From assembly GCA_964016885.1 (NCBI GenBank), contig OZ024744.1:92070001-92134000 (forward strand): a DNA stretch of 64,000 nt, in the 5' to 3' direction. A program made the position numbers and the translations under genes. This DNA comes from Eledone cirrhosa. Taxonomy: Eukaryota. Below the pieces are notes generated by a model. The model saw only the letters and a list, made by a program, of their open reading frames with translations, did not search any database and was not told the DNA's origin. The first letter of the stretch is position 1. Each line of letters opens with the position of its first letter. Positions 41,753 to 55,324 of this stretch are shown here, piece by piece.

Positions 41753-41959
41753 CTTTATGTTGTTTATTACATAACTATTAAGCTCTGTTACCTACATAGA
41801 GCACTCTTTTTTCCTGGACTTTTCCGACGGAATTACTTCATTTATACAGCTCCAACTGGGATTGATTGAAGCATATTCTATATTACATATACGATTGGCA
41901 CTTTCCAGCCCTATTAGTTGAGCACTCTACAGTTTTCAGGAATTCAACCAACATACACC

Positions 41960-43709
41960 ATGGATCTTTATGAATTGGATTATTCAATCAAAAATATACC
42001 CACTCCTTCCAACACAACTTATACCAAAATCCTCATAGATAAAATCGAGCAAGTCGTTAAAAGAATGAGATGGAAGGCAATGGTTTACGATGGACTATTC
42101 AGTGCTGATACTAAAGATTGTTTTGACATCAAATCCCGTAAATATCCACCTAGAATTAAAGACATGGCCAGCTTCGAATTAGACCTTGTTAATCTAATTA
42201 GTGATATCAAATTTCGTAAGTACAATAATAACTTTCAAACTAAACTATCTAACGATATTTCTAATTTTAGAAATTCTACAAACACTTTTGTTCTTTCTGA
42301 TAAAACTAAAAATCTCTTTGAAGTTAATAGTACTTTGTATAACCAACTTTTAACTAATAGTATTACCAATAAATATCAATTAACTAATAATAATACCTAC
42401 AATACTATCAATAAAGAAGCTAAAGAACTAGCTAGTTCTTTACAAATAGATAAGCGGATTGATAGCCTAGCTAAGCGTAAAGCATATATTACCCTTAAAG
42501 ACCATAAATTGGACTTTACTAATCGACCTAGTTGTAGACTGATTAACCCGGCTAAATCCGAGGTTGGCCTTGCAAGTAAGAAAATCTTAAGAAAAATAAT
42601 TCTCCAAATTAAATCTAACACTGACCTATCACAGTGGCTAAATACTTCCTCTGTTATTTCTTGGTTCAATAATATACGAGGTAAAAATAAGTGTAGATTT
42701 ACCCAATTTGATATTGTCGATTTTTACCCATCTATTACTGTTTCCTTATTAACTAATGCCTTAGATTTTGTAATACCCTTCATTAATATTTCTAAATTAG
42801 AAGAAATTATCTTTCATGCTAGAAAAACTTTACTCTTTACTAATGATAATATTTGGGTTAAAAAGTCAAACCCTGAAAACTCTTTTGATGTTGCAATGGG
42901 TTCATATGACAGTGCGGATGTGTGTGACTTAGTAGGATTATTCCTTCTCCACACCCTCAAAGAGAAATTTCCGTCCCATAATATCGGTTTATACCGTGAT
43001 GACGGATTAGCAGTTTCTCATACCACCAACGGCCATAACCTTGATAAATTCCGTAAAGATTTAATCAATACTTTTGCTAATCTTAACCTTAAAATCACTA
43101 TAGATACGAACCTTACTAATGCTAACTTTCTTGATATTAATCTTGATCTACTTACCGCCTCTTTTAAACCCTATCATAAACCTAATGAAACTCTTAGGTA
43201 TATACACCAGTTCAAACCATACGAGAATAAATCCAGGATGCAGTTGCAGGAAGCCGGATGAATGCCCATTGCAGGGTAAATGTAACACCAAATCTGTTGT
43301 TTATGAGGCTAAGATAACACCGGTAATCAACAACCAGCCAGCCAGGAGTGAGCGATATGTCGGTATGACCCAGGACAGGTTTAAAACCAGATTTTACTCA
43401 CATGTCGCTTCTTTTAAGCATTCCGATAAACGAACATCAACGGCCCTCGCAAGTAAGGTGTGGGAACTCAAGGATAGTAACATCCCGTACTCTATTAATT
43501 GGTCTATATTAGACCATTCGAGGGAGTACCAAAGGGGCACAAAGAATTGTTCTTTGTGTACCACAGAAAAGTATAGGATTTTGCTAAACTTGAGAGCCAC
43601 TTCCGCTTGCCTTAACTCAAAGACTGAGATCTTCAGATGCTGTTCTCATCTGAAATCGCATCTGATCTATAACTGGATTAACACTCCTATGATAAATCAA
43701 CCGCCTTGA
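41960..43709 (+). mobile_element. Penelope-like element family C ORF (RT + GIY-YIG) with frameshift and internal deletion at ~43210
   Basis: YSIKNIP N-terminus, QFDIVDFYP, VAMGSYD, GLYRDD; then CSCRKPDECPL, VVYEAKI..YVGMT..FKTRFYSH, CSLC, CCSH. Confidence 0.95.
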
Positions 43710-43882
43710 ACTCCTTTCCTGCTCTTTACTTCTGCTACGGTTTTTTTTTGCTGATTCTACGTTCTGTACTCTTGTATATATATTTTTCTCTCCCTTACCT
43801 CCCCTATATTTCACCTTTTCCTATGTCCCCCCCCATATTCTTTTTGCCTTGCCCTTCACATACCTATGTGTATGTATGTTTG

Positions 43883-43924
<42 letters not shown>

Positions 43925-43933
43925 AACATATAT

Positions 43934-44023
<90 letters not shown>

Positions 44024-44277
44024 GTGTGTATATATATGTATATATATATATATTTGTGTGTGTATATGTATGTATATGTAGATAGACCAGGTTTTTTCAT
44101 TCTGAAGATTGAAGGAAAAATTGTTTGCTTTTAAGAAACCATTGGTGAATGGAATAATTGCCTTATGTTGCTTATTACTTTATTACTTTACTACTATATA
44201 TATGTATATGTAAGGTTCATATGAATTATCTAAGACTGAGTTTTACACACACACACATGTATATGTGTATGTGTGTG

Positions 44278-44326
<49 letters not shown>

Positions 44327-44699
44327 GTGTGTTTGTATTTGGTTGTGCGCGTTTATGATATGTACGTATTTGTATGTGTATAATTGTATAGCTATGTATG
44401 TATTTGTATGTGTGTATGTATACATAATTGTGTGTGTGTGTATGTTTATATTTATGTATATATATATATATATATGTGTGTGTATAATTACATATACATA
44501 TGTGTGTGTATAATTCTATACGTGTGCGTGTGCGTACATGTATGTGTATGTATGCGTTTATGTATTTGTATATGTATATTTATGTGTGCCAGTGTATGTA
44601 TGTATTTACTATTTCGCACGTATGTATACGTGCATTTGTGTGTATTACTTACCACGCGTGTCTGTCCATTTAGATGCCTTCTGTATCGCCGTCAAAATT

Positions 44700-44729
<30 letters not shown>

Positions 44730-44737
<8 letters not shown>

Positions 44738-46320
44738 AGATCAAAAGATGGTTAAATGAGTTCCATGTATTTTATTATGCGCATTTCAAAAACAAATATC
44801 ATCATGCAATAACATTTGTGTTTTCATCAGATAAAATAGGACATGATATGAAGGTTAAAAAACACTTGTGGATAGTGCAGTTTTAAATCAACATATGAAA
44901 AGTAGTTTTAGATTGATGTGTGATATTGGGAAAAAAATTTTTTTATGAGGGGGGGGGGGGGGATGAAAAGTAGGAGATGAGCGTAAAAAGAGGAGGGGGA
45001 GGAGTATAGTGAGGAAGGATGAGATAGGAGGAGAGATGGGTGATAGAGAGAGAGAGATAGCTTTTATAACTGAGAAAAATATATTGTTTTACATAGAGAG
45101 GTTGAAAAAACCGTTGGAAGATAATGTATAAATTAAAAGAATTTGAAAATTTACGAAGAGAAAAATAATGTAAAGTTAAGGTTTGTATATTGAAGGGTTT
45201 AATAATATGTGTGATGAAAAGAAATTGCTAATATGTATTAAGAATAATATTTAAGGGTTTAATAATATGTGCGATGGAAAGAAAATGTTAATGTGTATTA
45301 AGAATAATTTTAAGGGTTTAATAATATGTGCGATGGAAAGAAAATGTTGATATGTATTATTAAAAAAAACAGAAGTGATGTAAGTAAGGATATATTGTGA
45401 GATGGGCATGAATAAGTTAGATGAAAGGGAGAAAAAATAATGAATAGTGGATGAATAATCTAACGTCAAAAAATGTTTATGTTTACGAAGGATTTTTTCA
45501 AGGTGATATGAAGTAAGAATATAGTGTATGTGTAATAATTGTTTCTGTGTTAGGCACAGTGAGAAAAGGTACAGATTAGGGGTTAGAAATTAGGAGTGAT
45601 GTAGAATATAATAAATATAATAAATAACTTTGAAATAAGGTAGAAAGATGGGTATATTTTTAAAGAAGTATATATATATATATGTGCCTTTGAGAAAAGG
45701 ATTCTGAATTGATAAAGTTTATCATATTAGCTGTATACTTTGTGGAAAGTTCTGTGGAATTTATGCAAGCAGATAGAAAACAAGTCAGTGCGTCTATTTA
45801 TTATAGAATCTAAATTAGAAATAATGGTAATTTTTTCATTTAGACAGAGATTGCAAGTCTTAGATAGAGAAATGTTCAAGTATGGAGAAGCAGAAGAAAC
45901 CTTTTTCCAAGAGATGTTATATTTAATATTTTTGTCTTTCAAGGACCATATGAGTTCTGAGAGAGCCGTGTTGGTTCTTTTAAGTTTATATTTAAAAGAC
46001 GAATGATGATTATAGAGACGAGCTTTAAAGGAGGTGGAAGTGGAGCCAAAATAGGTGAAGGAATTGGTGTCAGTTATAACTTTACATTCATAAATTAATT
46101 TTTATCAAGACAATGTTTTTTATCCTTCATATCATGTCCTCCTATTTTATCTGATGAAAACACAAATGTTATTGCATGATGATATTTGTTTATACATGGA
46201 ACTCATTTAACCATCTTTTGATCTTATATATTATGTATACTCCAGTCCTACAAACTGTAGAGTGCTTCTTATCCGATATCTGCATTGCTTTATTGTACTA
46301 CAATAAAACTCACCTCCTAT
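44730..46320 (-). mobile_element. Family B-related PLE 3' fragment with inverted pLTR piece
   Basis: GIY-YIG C-terminus at 45727-46115; HHR at 44770-44837; inversion at 46115-46320. Confidence 0.85.
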
Positions 46321-46765
46321 ATATATATATATTTTTTCTTATATTTATTTGCGTGTGTGAATATGTAGAGGAGTGCATTTATGTATGTGTATGTATGTAC
46401 GTGTGTATATATGTATGATTGTGTGCATGTATGTATGTATGTATATGTATGTGTGTATGGCTATGTTTGTGTATGTGTATGCTTGTACACATATATACAT
46501 ACATATGTATATGTGTATATATATATATATGTATGTATATGTGTGTATGTATATGTATTTATATTTATGTTTCTATGTGTATATATGTGTGTATATATGT
46601 GTGTGTGGTTGTATATATGTATGTGTATGTATGGATGTGTTGATATTTATGTGCGTATGTATATATGTGTTTGTGTGTATTTATATACACATATATGTGT
46701 GTATATATGTGTGCGTGTGTGTATGTATGAGTGTATGTATGTGTATATATATATGTATGTATATG

Positions 46766-46873
<108 letters not shown>

Positions 46874-47105
46874 CTTTTGTGTTTTTGTGTGTGTGTTTGC
46901 ATGTGTAGTTTTATTTTATTTTTCCTTTCCTTCTTCCTTCTCCAGCTTCACTTTCATATAGATTGCATTTTTGTTTTTAAAATCCAAATTCAATAAACAG
47001 ACCAGGATTTTTTCATTCTGAGGATTGAAAGCAAAATCTTTTGCTTTTAAGAAACCACTGGTAAATGGAATAATTGCCCTATGTTGTTTATTACATAACT
47101 TCATT

Positions 47106-47238
<133 letters not shown>

Positions 47239-47262
47239 GTATATATATGTATATATATATAC

Positions 47263-47299
<37 letters not shown>

Positions 47300-47302
47300 C
47301 AT

Positions 47303-47420
47303 ATAGGAAAAAGTATGACCCCGACTGCAGAGCTCAAGCCATTTCGACGGCTATTTCTGGGTCCAGAAATAGCCGTCGAAACGGCTTGAGCTCTGCCGTC
47401 GGGGTCATACTTCTTTCTAT
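47303..47420. repeat. Fold-back hairpin of hammerhead 3' halves
   Basis: Same family as 40142 and 50581; apex at ~47361. Confidence 0.85.
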
Positions 47421-47515
47421 TACCCACTCTACTACCCTAAGTATTGAGTACTCTAGTGCGTTATGGTCCATCTGGTTCCTTACCACATTTCCTTCGCTTT
47501 ATATATATATATATA

Positions 47516-50200
47516 TGTACAGCCAGCGGAAATAACATCTGTGAAATAAACAGCTCCATCTATCTGCTTAGCTAGCTACCTCACCGTGAAACAAACAACT
47601 CTTAAAGCCACCAAAATAAAACGCCTACGCAGCGGCTAAACATCAAACGATTATTTTTGTATAAATAGAGTGATTCCAAACACTTTCGCCAGTCGACCTT
47701 TGGCAGAATCAGCTAGCGTATCGTTGTTCCTCTCCTCTGCCACGCTTATCACTCACACACACCTTGTACCTCTGTATCGTCGCTTCATGTATGAAAACAA
47801 ATAGCTGACCGAAACTACATCTCTCGCTTTGCTCGTACTTTCAACTTGCGCTTTCGTCTATTCATCCTTATCGTATGAGACAACAGTCTTTTTAAGGGCT
47901 ACCCTCAGATCCGATCAGACCGTATGCGATAACAGTCCTTTTAAGGGATATTCTCGGATCTGATCAGAAGTAGTGACAAGACTGACTAACCACGTTGCTA
48001 CAATTGGTGACCCCGACGTGATTCGAACACGCAACCAGACATCATCCTAACAAGATACCAGCATGGACATGTCACAACCAACGTCAGAGGCCGAGATTTC
48101 AGAGTTGCGGGCTATGATCCGAGAGCGGATTGGTCAAATTAAAGCCCTCTCAAATCAAGTAGAGAACCTGACCTTTCAAACACACCGGCGACGCAACAAC
48201 AGTCGATCCAGGCCTTTTCACAGTCGAAGATCCAGAAGTCCCAGTCAAAATCGTGTGTCTGGCAACCTCTGCTGGTATCACACAGAATTCGGCGCACAGG
48301 CATCTAAGTGTAGAGCCCCGTGCTCTTTCCAGAATACCACCCAGGGAAACGGGCAAACCAGGGCCTAGCGACGACATTCACCCCTGGTACTGAGAAGAAA
48401 AGTCGTCTATTTTTTATCAACGACCAAGCGACAGGCATCCGTTACCTCGTGGATACAGGAGCCCAGGTTAGTGTTATTCCTGTTTCACTAGTCTCGGGCA
48501 AAAGATATCTAACACCGTCCTTTCTGCAGGCAGTGAACCGATCGTCAATTCCGACTTTCGGGGCGAAATCACTAACCCTCAATTTAGGCCTGAGGCGTCG
48601 TTTTCAATGGGTGTTTGTCATGGCAGACCTGCCGCCCCTTATCTTAGGAGCCGATTTTCTCCACCACTTCAACCTTCTGGTGGACATGAAGAACCGGAGG
48701 CTTATTGACACCACCACAAACCTCACTGTGAGAGGTATATTTACGACGCAATCCAGTGAGCCCTGTAATTTGCCAGTCAGAGCCTTCGCGGTACAACGGC
48801 ATTCTCCAGAAATACCCAGACATCACTCGCCCGGTATTTAAGGATGGTCCCATTAAGCATAGTCGCACGCTCCACATCGAGAGAAGGGGACCACCCACAG
48901 CTGCCAGACCAAGGAGACTGCCTCCAGACCGATTGAGAATCGTCAAACAGGAGTTTCAACACATGCTGGACCTCGGAATCATTCGCCAGCAACTGGTCTG
49001 CACCCCTACACCTTGTTCCTAAAAAAACGAGAATGATTGGCGACCATGTGGGGATTATCGTGCACTCAACAATTCTATAGTACCCGATAATTACCCTGTA
49101 CCTCACTTGCACGACTTTTCTGCCTCTCTGCAAGGCGCGCGCATCTTTTCCAAGATAGATTTGGTACGGGCATATAACCAGATACCTATGGAGCCTGCAG
49201 ATATTCCGAAGACCGCAATCACAACACCGTTCGGTTTATTTGAATTCTTGCGAATGCCGTTCGGTCTGCGCAATGCTGCACAAACTTTCCACGGTTTATT
49301 GACACCGTGTTACGTGATCTACCCTTTGTATACGCGTATATCGACGACGTGCTGGTAGCAAGTACTTCCGAGCAAGAACACGAGAAGCACTTAGATCTTC
49401 TTTTCCAACGTTTGGACGAGTACGGTATTATCATCAACTCCAGCAAGTGCCTTCTCGGCGTTCCTTCACTGTCCTTTCTCGGGCACATCATTGATAAAGA
49501 CGGCATTCGTCCACTTCCCGAGAAAGTAAAAGCTATCCGCAATTTTCCCGCACCTACATCACTTCGGAAACTGCGTGAATTCCTCGGTTTGGTGAATTTT
49601 TATAGGCGTTTCATCCCTCATTGTGCCGACGCAACCAGACTCCTTACGGACCTTCTTCGCAACCGGACTCGCAAAAACGAAGAGATCACTCTGAACGAGG
49701 AAGAATTAACATCTTTTAACCGCCTGAAGGAAATGTTGGCAAACGCTTCCATGCTCGTTTTCCCCAGATCTGGCGCTCCTCTTTCGCTGCTAGTGGACGC
49801 ATCAGACACGGGGGTTGGAGGTGTTTTACAACAACATGTCGACGGCGTTTGGCAACCCTTATCCTTCTTTTCTAAGCGGTTGCAACCTGCAGAAACCAAA
49901 TACAGAACGTTTAGCCGCGAACTCTTGGCAACCCACCTTTCGGTTAAACATTTTCGTCACATGCTCAAAGGATCGGATTTCGCGATCTACAAGGACCATA
50001 AACCACTAGTTTACGCATTCCGTACCAAACCTGATCGACATTTACCGAGAGAACTCCGACACCTGGATTTTGTCTCCCAATATTCAACTGATATTCGGCA
50101 TATCAAGGGATCAGACAACGTAGCAGCCGACGCCCTGTCCCGAACCCAGCTGAACATAATACATGCGCATTCAGGCTTCGACCTTCAACAGATCGCAGCT
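47516..50200 (+). mobile_element. Ty3/Gypsy LTR retrotransposon, CsRn1-like, decayed (5' LTR 47516-48002; no integrase or 3' LTR)
   Basis: TG..CA LTR, tRNA-Trp PBS, gag CWYH..C..PC (CHCC), GGGAAAC slip site at 48344, protease LVDTGA, RT YIDD, RNase H DAS..ADALSR. Confidence 0.92.
48005..48036 (+). promoter_or_regulatory. Primer-binding site complementary to tRNA-Trp (32 nt)
   Basis: TGGTGACCCCGACGTGATTCGAACACGCAACC. Confidence 0.85.
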
Positions 50201-50580
50201 TTGATACTACTCAATTTCTACAAGTTTTTTCTATTTTCAACTTATTACCCTGTAATTGTAAGATAGCATTGTGATTTTTCTTTTTTCATTTCTCACTATC
50301 TAATTTTATATATTTTTTATTTCTTTCTATTATCTTTTATTATCTCCTACTCTCATTCGATTTACCTATTCTATAACCTCCCTCCTCCACTTCATACACT
50401 ATCCTTAGAATCTGCTGTATACATATGACTTTCAATGCTTGACCGCTCCACTCACTCCCCTATTGTTCTATAGGCAAGTTCAGCCACCCCTACCTCCCAC
50501 CAAATGCCATGATAGACTTATTTGTGTTTGCAACAAATTTTAACCAATCCTCCTGACAACTACAATCATCCCATATAAGG

Positions 50581-50688
50581 AAGTACCCCCTTGACAAGTT
50601 CGGCTATTTATTCACCAGGCTAAAAATTCTAATTTAGTCCAGAAATAGTCGTCGAAACGGCTTGAGCTCTGCCGTCGGAGTCATACTT
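50581..50688 (+). ncRNA. Hammerhead, U3-A8 core variant, branched helix II
   Basis: AAGTACCCCC-TTGACAA-G..CGGCTATTT...AAATAGTCGTC-GAAA-CGGC..GCCG-TC-GGAGTCATACTT. Confidence 0.65.
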
Positions 50689-50691
50689 TTT

Positions 50692-50772
<81 letters not shown>

Positions 50773-50779
50773 TTAAAAT

Positions 50780-52243
50780 ATATATATACATTTAAAATAT
50801 ATGATAAACACGAAATGTGTTTACATTGCAACAGACAAAGTTAGCTATTAATGAAATAAACTAATTAAAGTGAATACAATTTGTCTGTCGCGATATAAGT
50901 CAATAAAGACAAGATTATATTGGCAACGGCCATGATTCCTGGACAGATTCAGATTTCAAAATTCAAACCTGTTCTGTAGACGAATTTGAACCTCGAAACC
51001 TAAATAAGTTTCGCAACGGTGGTATGTAAATTGAAAAATAAAGAGAATCGAAATGGAATAGAAATAAAAAAGTGAAATATCCAAATCTTCTGTGCTTATC
51101 AACTGGAATCCAGTAAAATTAGTATATCTCACATCAAAAATTTTGCAGGTCTGACTACACGTGTGTAGGCAGGCCAAAACTAGCCGTCCCACATTCACGG
51201 TGCTAGAAATAACAGCCGCTTATGCAGGATTAAGGATCAGCTCTACAATAAAGGAGCCATACATTATATTATATTTTGAGAATAAACTCTCAGTCGTTTA
51301 CAATAATTAAGCTCCAGGAAAAGGGGCTCTTCCGAGCAGTTAAATACATTTAAAATATATGATAAACACGAAATGTGTTTACATTGCAACAGACAAAGTT
51401 AGCTATTAATGAAATACAATTTGTCTGTCTCGATATAAGTCAATAAAGACAAGCTTATATTGGCAACGGCCATGATTCCTGGACAGATTCAGATTTCAAA
51501 ATTCAAACCTGTTCTGTAGACGAATTTGAACCTCGAAACCTAAATAAGTTTCGCAACGGTGGAATGTAAATTGAAAAATAAAGAGAATCGAAATGGAATA
51601 GAAATAAAAAAGTGAAATATCCAAATCTTCTGTGCTTATCAACAGGAATCCAGTAAAATTAGTATATCTCACATCTCAAAATATAATATAATGTATGGCT
51701 CCTTTATTGTAGAGCTGATCCTTAATCCTGCATAAGCGGCTGTTATTTCTAGCACCGTGAATGTGGGACGGCTAGTTTTGGCCTGCCTACACACGTGTAG
51801 TCAGACCTGCAAAATTTTTGATGTGAGATATACTAATTTTACTGGATTCCTGTTGATAAGCACAGAAGATTTGGATATTTTACTTTTTTATTTCTATTCC
51901 ATTTCGATTCTCTTTATTTTTCAATTCACATTCCACCGTTGCGAAACTTATTTAGGTTTCGAGGTTCAAATTCGTCTACAGAACAGGTTTGAATTTTGAA
52001 ATCTGAATCTGTCCAGGAATCATGGCCGTTGCCAATATAAGCTTGTCTTTATTGACTTATATCGAGACAGACAAATTGTATTCACTTTAATTAGTTTATT
52101 TCATTAATAGCTAACTTTGTCTGTTGCAATGTAAACACATTTCGTGTTTATCATATATTTTAAATGTATTTAACTGCTCGGAAGAGCCCCTTTTCCTGGA
52201 GCTTAATTATTGTAAACGACTGAGAGTTTATTCTCAAAATATA

Positions 52244-52248
<5 letters not shown>
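50780..52248. repeat. Tandem (540-nt period) plus inverted repeat carrying three large U3-A8 hammerheads
   Basis: Copies at 50934-51110 (minus), 51474-51650 (minus) and 51845-52021 (plus). Confidence 0.85.
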
Positions 52249-52307
<59 letters not shown>

Positions 52308-52312
<5 letters not shown>

Positions 52313-52495
52313 TGTTTCTACTTTCTACAAGGCCATCAATTACCCAGTGCATTACTGGTACTTTATTTTATCGACCCCGTAAGGATGAAAGGCAAAGTTA
52401 ACCTCGGTGGGATTTGAACTCAGACCGCAAAGGGAGGTAACTATGCTGGAAAGCATGGCGTCCGACCCTCTACTGATACTGCCAAGCCACCACCC

Positions 52496-52497
<2 letters not shown>
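52308..52497 (-). mobile_element. tRNA-SINE copy in (AAT)n
   Basis: SINE family match. Confidence 0.85.
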
Positions 52498-52560
<63 letters not shown>

Positions 52561-53340
52561 CCACAGACAAAGATAAAGATCCACAGACATGGAACTGGTT
52601 GAGAAGAGGAGACCTCAAAAAGGCTACAGAAGGAATGCTAATGGCTGCGCAGGAGCAGACCCTCAAAACGAAGTGGTTGAAGCACCATATCTACAAGGAG
52701 GAGGCTAGCCCACTGTGCAGGATCTGTGGAGAGAGAGAGGAGACTGTGGCTCACATTGTGTCCGAGTGTAAACACCTAGCCCAGACCCACTATAAGGGCT
52801 GGAGACACGATGTGATGGGCAGGGTGATCCACTGGCACCTGTGCAAAGTAAACAATTTACCACATTCTGAGAAATGGTATGAGCATAGGCCAGAGGCGGT
52901 GATGGAGAACAATCAGGTGAAGGTGCTGTGGGATTTTAGGATACAGACGGACAAAAAACTGGAACACAATAGACCTGACCTGGTGGTTGTGGACAAAGAA
53001 AAAAGATCGTGTCTGATTGTGGATGTGGCCTGCCCGTTCGACACGAGAGTGCAAGAGAAGGAGAGGGAGAAAATTAACCGATACCAGGACCTAAAGTGGG
53101 AGGTGAAAAGGATCCCGATTGTCATAGGCGCACTGGGGACTATCTCCAAAAGTTTCCAGGGATGGTTAAAGAAAATCGGCCCCTTCACGCTTTTTGGAAC
53201 GCTTCAAAAGGCATGCTTGCTTGGAACAGCAAGAACCCTCCGATACGTCCTGAATATCTGAGGCTGCAGGTAGTGGCTTGATATTCAATCCAACGGACTT
53301 TCCAGTTAACCAACATCAATTACTGAGATTCAAGGAATAA
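52561..53340 (+). mobile_element. R4/Dong-clade non-LTR retrotransposon, 5'-truncated
   Basis: AAQEQ, CRIC..ETVAHIVSEC knuckle, RHD, RPDLVV..D..K RLE motif; (AAT)n on both sides. Confidence 0.9.
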
Positions 53341-53909
53341 CAACAATAATAATAATAATAATAATAATAAATGTGAAGACTAAAATCCAAAGATAGCTTG
53401 ATAAGGATAAATATATATCAAATATATAAGAACCCTAGGGCAAATATTTATTAAAATAACAGATTAAAGTTTAAGCAAAGAATCGTTAAGGGTGAATGCA
53501 GCGATTCTTTGCTTAAACTTTAATCTGTTATCTTAATAAATAAATATATATAGATAGATAGTGAAATTCATGGGAGCCAATGTTTTTCTATTGTTTCTGA
53601 CAAATTACCCTTTAGCGTTTTCTTCCTTATATAATCAAGAAAATCATAGAGATAATGTGCATATTTTCATTTCGTTAATTTTGCACTGAGTAAAAAAAAG
53701 AACCGAAGTCATTTTTTTTCAAGATATCACATAAATTTTACTGATTATATATATATATATATATATATATGTATTTATATATCTATATATCTATATATAT
53801 AGTAATAATTGTTTCTACTTTTGGCACAAGGCCACCAATTATCCCAGTTTAATATAGTAATAATAATAATAAATGTGAAGATTAGAATCGGAAGAGGCCT
53901 CGACAAGGA

Positions 53910-53941
<32 letters not shown>

Positions 53942-54123
53942 ATAAATCTACCAAAATATGCGGTAGTGTCCAATCCGTATGAAGAACTCACTGTAATCCA
54001 AATATCATGAAAAGAGATGTATTCAAAAATATTTTATCGATGAAAATCACAGGAAAACAGAGTCAAGATAAATTAATAAAAACAATGAACAAAGAAACAG
54101 TTCCTTATATTAAAAAATTCATC

Positions 54124-54251
54124 ATTTTACGATCGTTTCTAGGATATATATGTGTGTGTTGGTATGTATATCATTTAGATCTATGTAAACATTTTACAAA
54201 CTATCAGAGGAAATATACATACCTTCACATATATATGCTGTCTTCAGAAAT
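54124..54251 (-). ncRNA. Hammerhead with ~100-nt helix II
   Basis: ATTT-CTGAAGA-...-GAAA-CGATCG-TA-AAAT. Confidence 0.65.
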
Positions 54252-54708
54252 AATTGTTTCTATTTTTGGCACAAGGCCAGCAATTACCCAGTACATTACT
54301 GGTACTTTATTTTATTGACCCCCGTAAGGATGAAAGGCAAAGTTAACCTCGGCGGGAGAAATAATGATATTTGTTTATTGAAAAAAAAACAGTAAAGATT
54401 TAATATAATAGGTCTGTTTGGGAACAGATTTTGAATTGACCAATAGAAAAGTAGTAAGTGGTCAAGTTGATAGAATAGTAGTAGTAGAAATTTAATTTAA
54501 AGGTAGAGGAATGCGTACTGATGAAATAGTTCAGTACCTCTGAAATATGTATAATAAAATATGTTTGATCACATGAATGTCATAATTTATTAATATTTTG
54601 AAGTAATATTAATAACTCCAGAAAACCTCTCAATTTTTGGTTATATATATATATATATATATATGAAAAAGAACACAAGAGCGTCTACAACATCAAAAGA
54701 TTTGTATT

Positions 54709-54755
54709 GGCTTACAATGTTTCTTCCTTACGTAACCGTAGGATTCGTCAGAGCT
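54709..54755 (-). ncRNA. Hammerhead ribozyme
   Basis: GCT-CTGACGA-ATCCTACG GTTA CGTAAGGAA-GAAA-CATTG-TA-AGC. Confidence 0.8.
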
Positions 54756-54788
54756 ATAAAAGGGGTTTGATTGGTGTTATGGACTCTA

Positions 54789-54860
<72 letters not shown>

Positions 54861-54957
54861 CCAAAAGTTTAACAAGGTTCATTGATTAATCAATGAATAA
54901 AGTTTTACAATAGATTAGAAGCACTCAATTGAGAGGTTTTCTGGAGTTACTAATATT

Positions 54958-55241
54958 ACTTCAAAATATTAATAAATATAGACATTCATGTGATCAAATA
55001 TATTTTATTATATATATTTCAGAGGTACTGAACTATTTCATCAGTACGTCCTCATCAGATATAATAAATTGATGTCTGACATACCTCAACTGTGCTGATT
55101 GTTCAATTCCAGTCTTGCCAAGACTGGAATTTATTTTATCTGATGAGGACGTACTGAAGAAATAGCTAAGTACCTCTGAAATATGTATAATAAAATATAT
55201 TTGATCACATGAATGTCTATATTTATTAATATTTTGAAGTA

Positions 55242-55243
<2 letters not shown>
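54958..55243. ncRNA. Inverted pair of hammerheads (55003-55066 minus; 55133-55195 plus); truncated third copy at 54515
   Basis: CTGATGA-GGACGTACT...AGTACCTCT-GAAA-TAT(G/A)-TA. Confidence 0.8.

Positions 55244-55324
<81 letters not shown>

Noticed and set aside
47315-47407. TGACCCCGAC / GTCGGGGTCA match to the tRNA-Trp PBS
   Set aside because: Only 10-11 nt and fully explained as the hammerhead cleavage site plus helix I
50956-51999. Duplicated 80-aa ORF (MNVGRLV...)
   Set aside because: GTG start, no recognisable domain, and it overlaps the structured ribozyme repeat; duplication is explained by the inverted repeat
52308-52497. SINE mobilised by the neighbouring Dong element
   Set aside because: The SINE tail is (ATT)n on its own strand versus (AAT)n for Dong, and they share no 3' sequence
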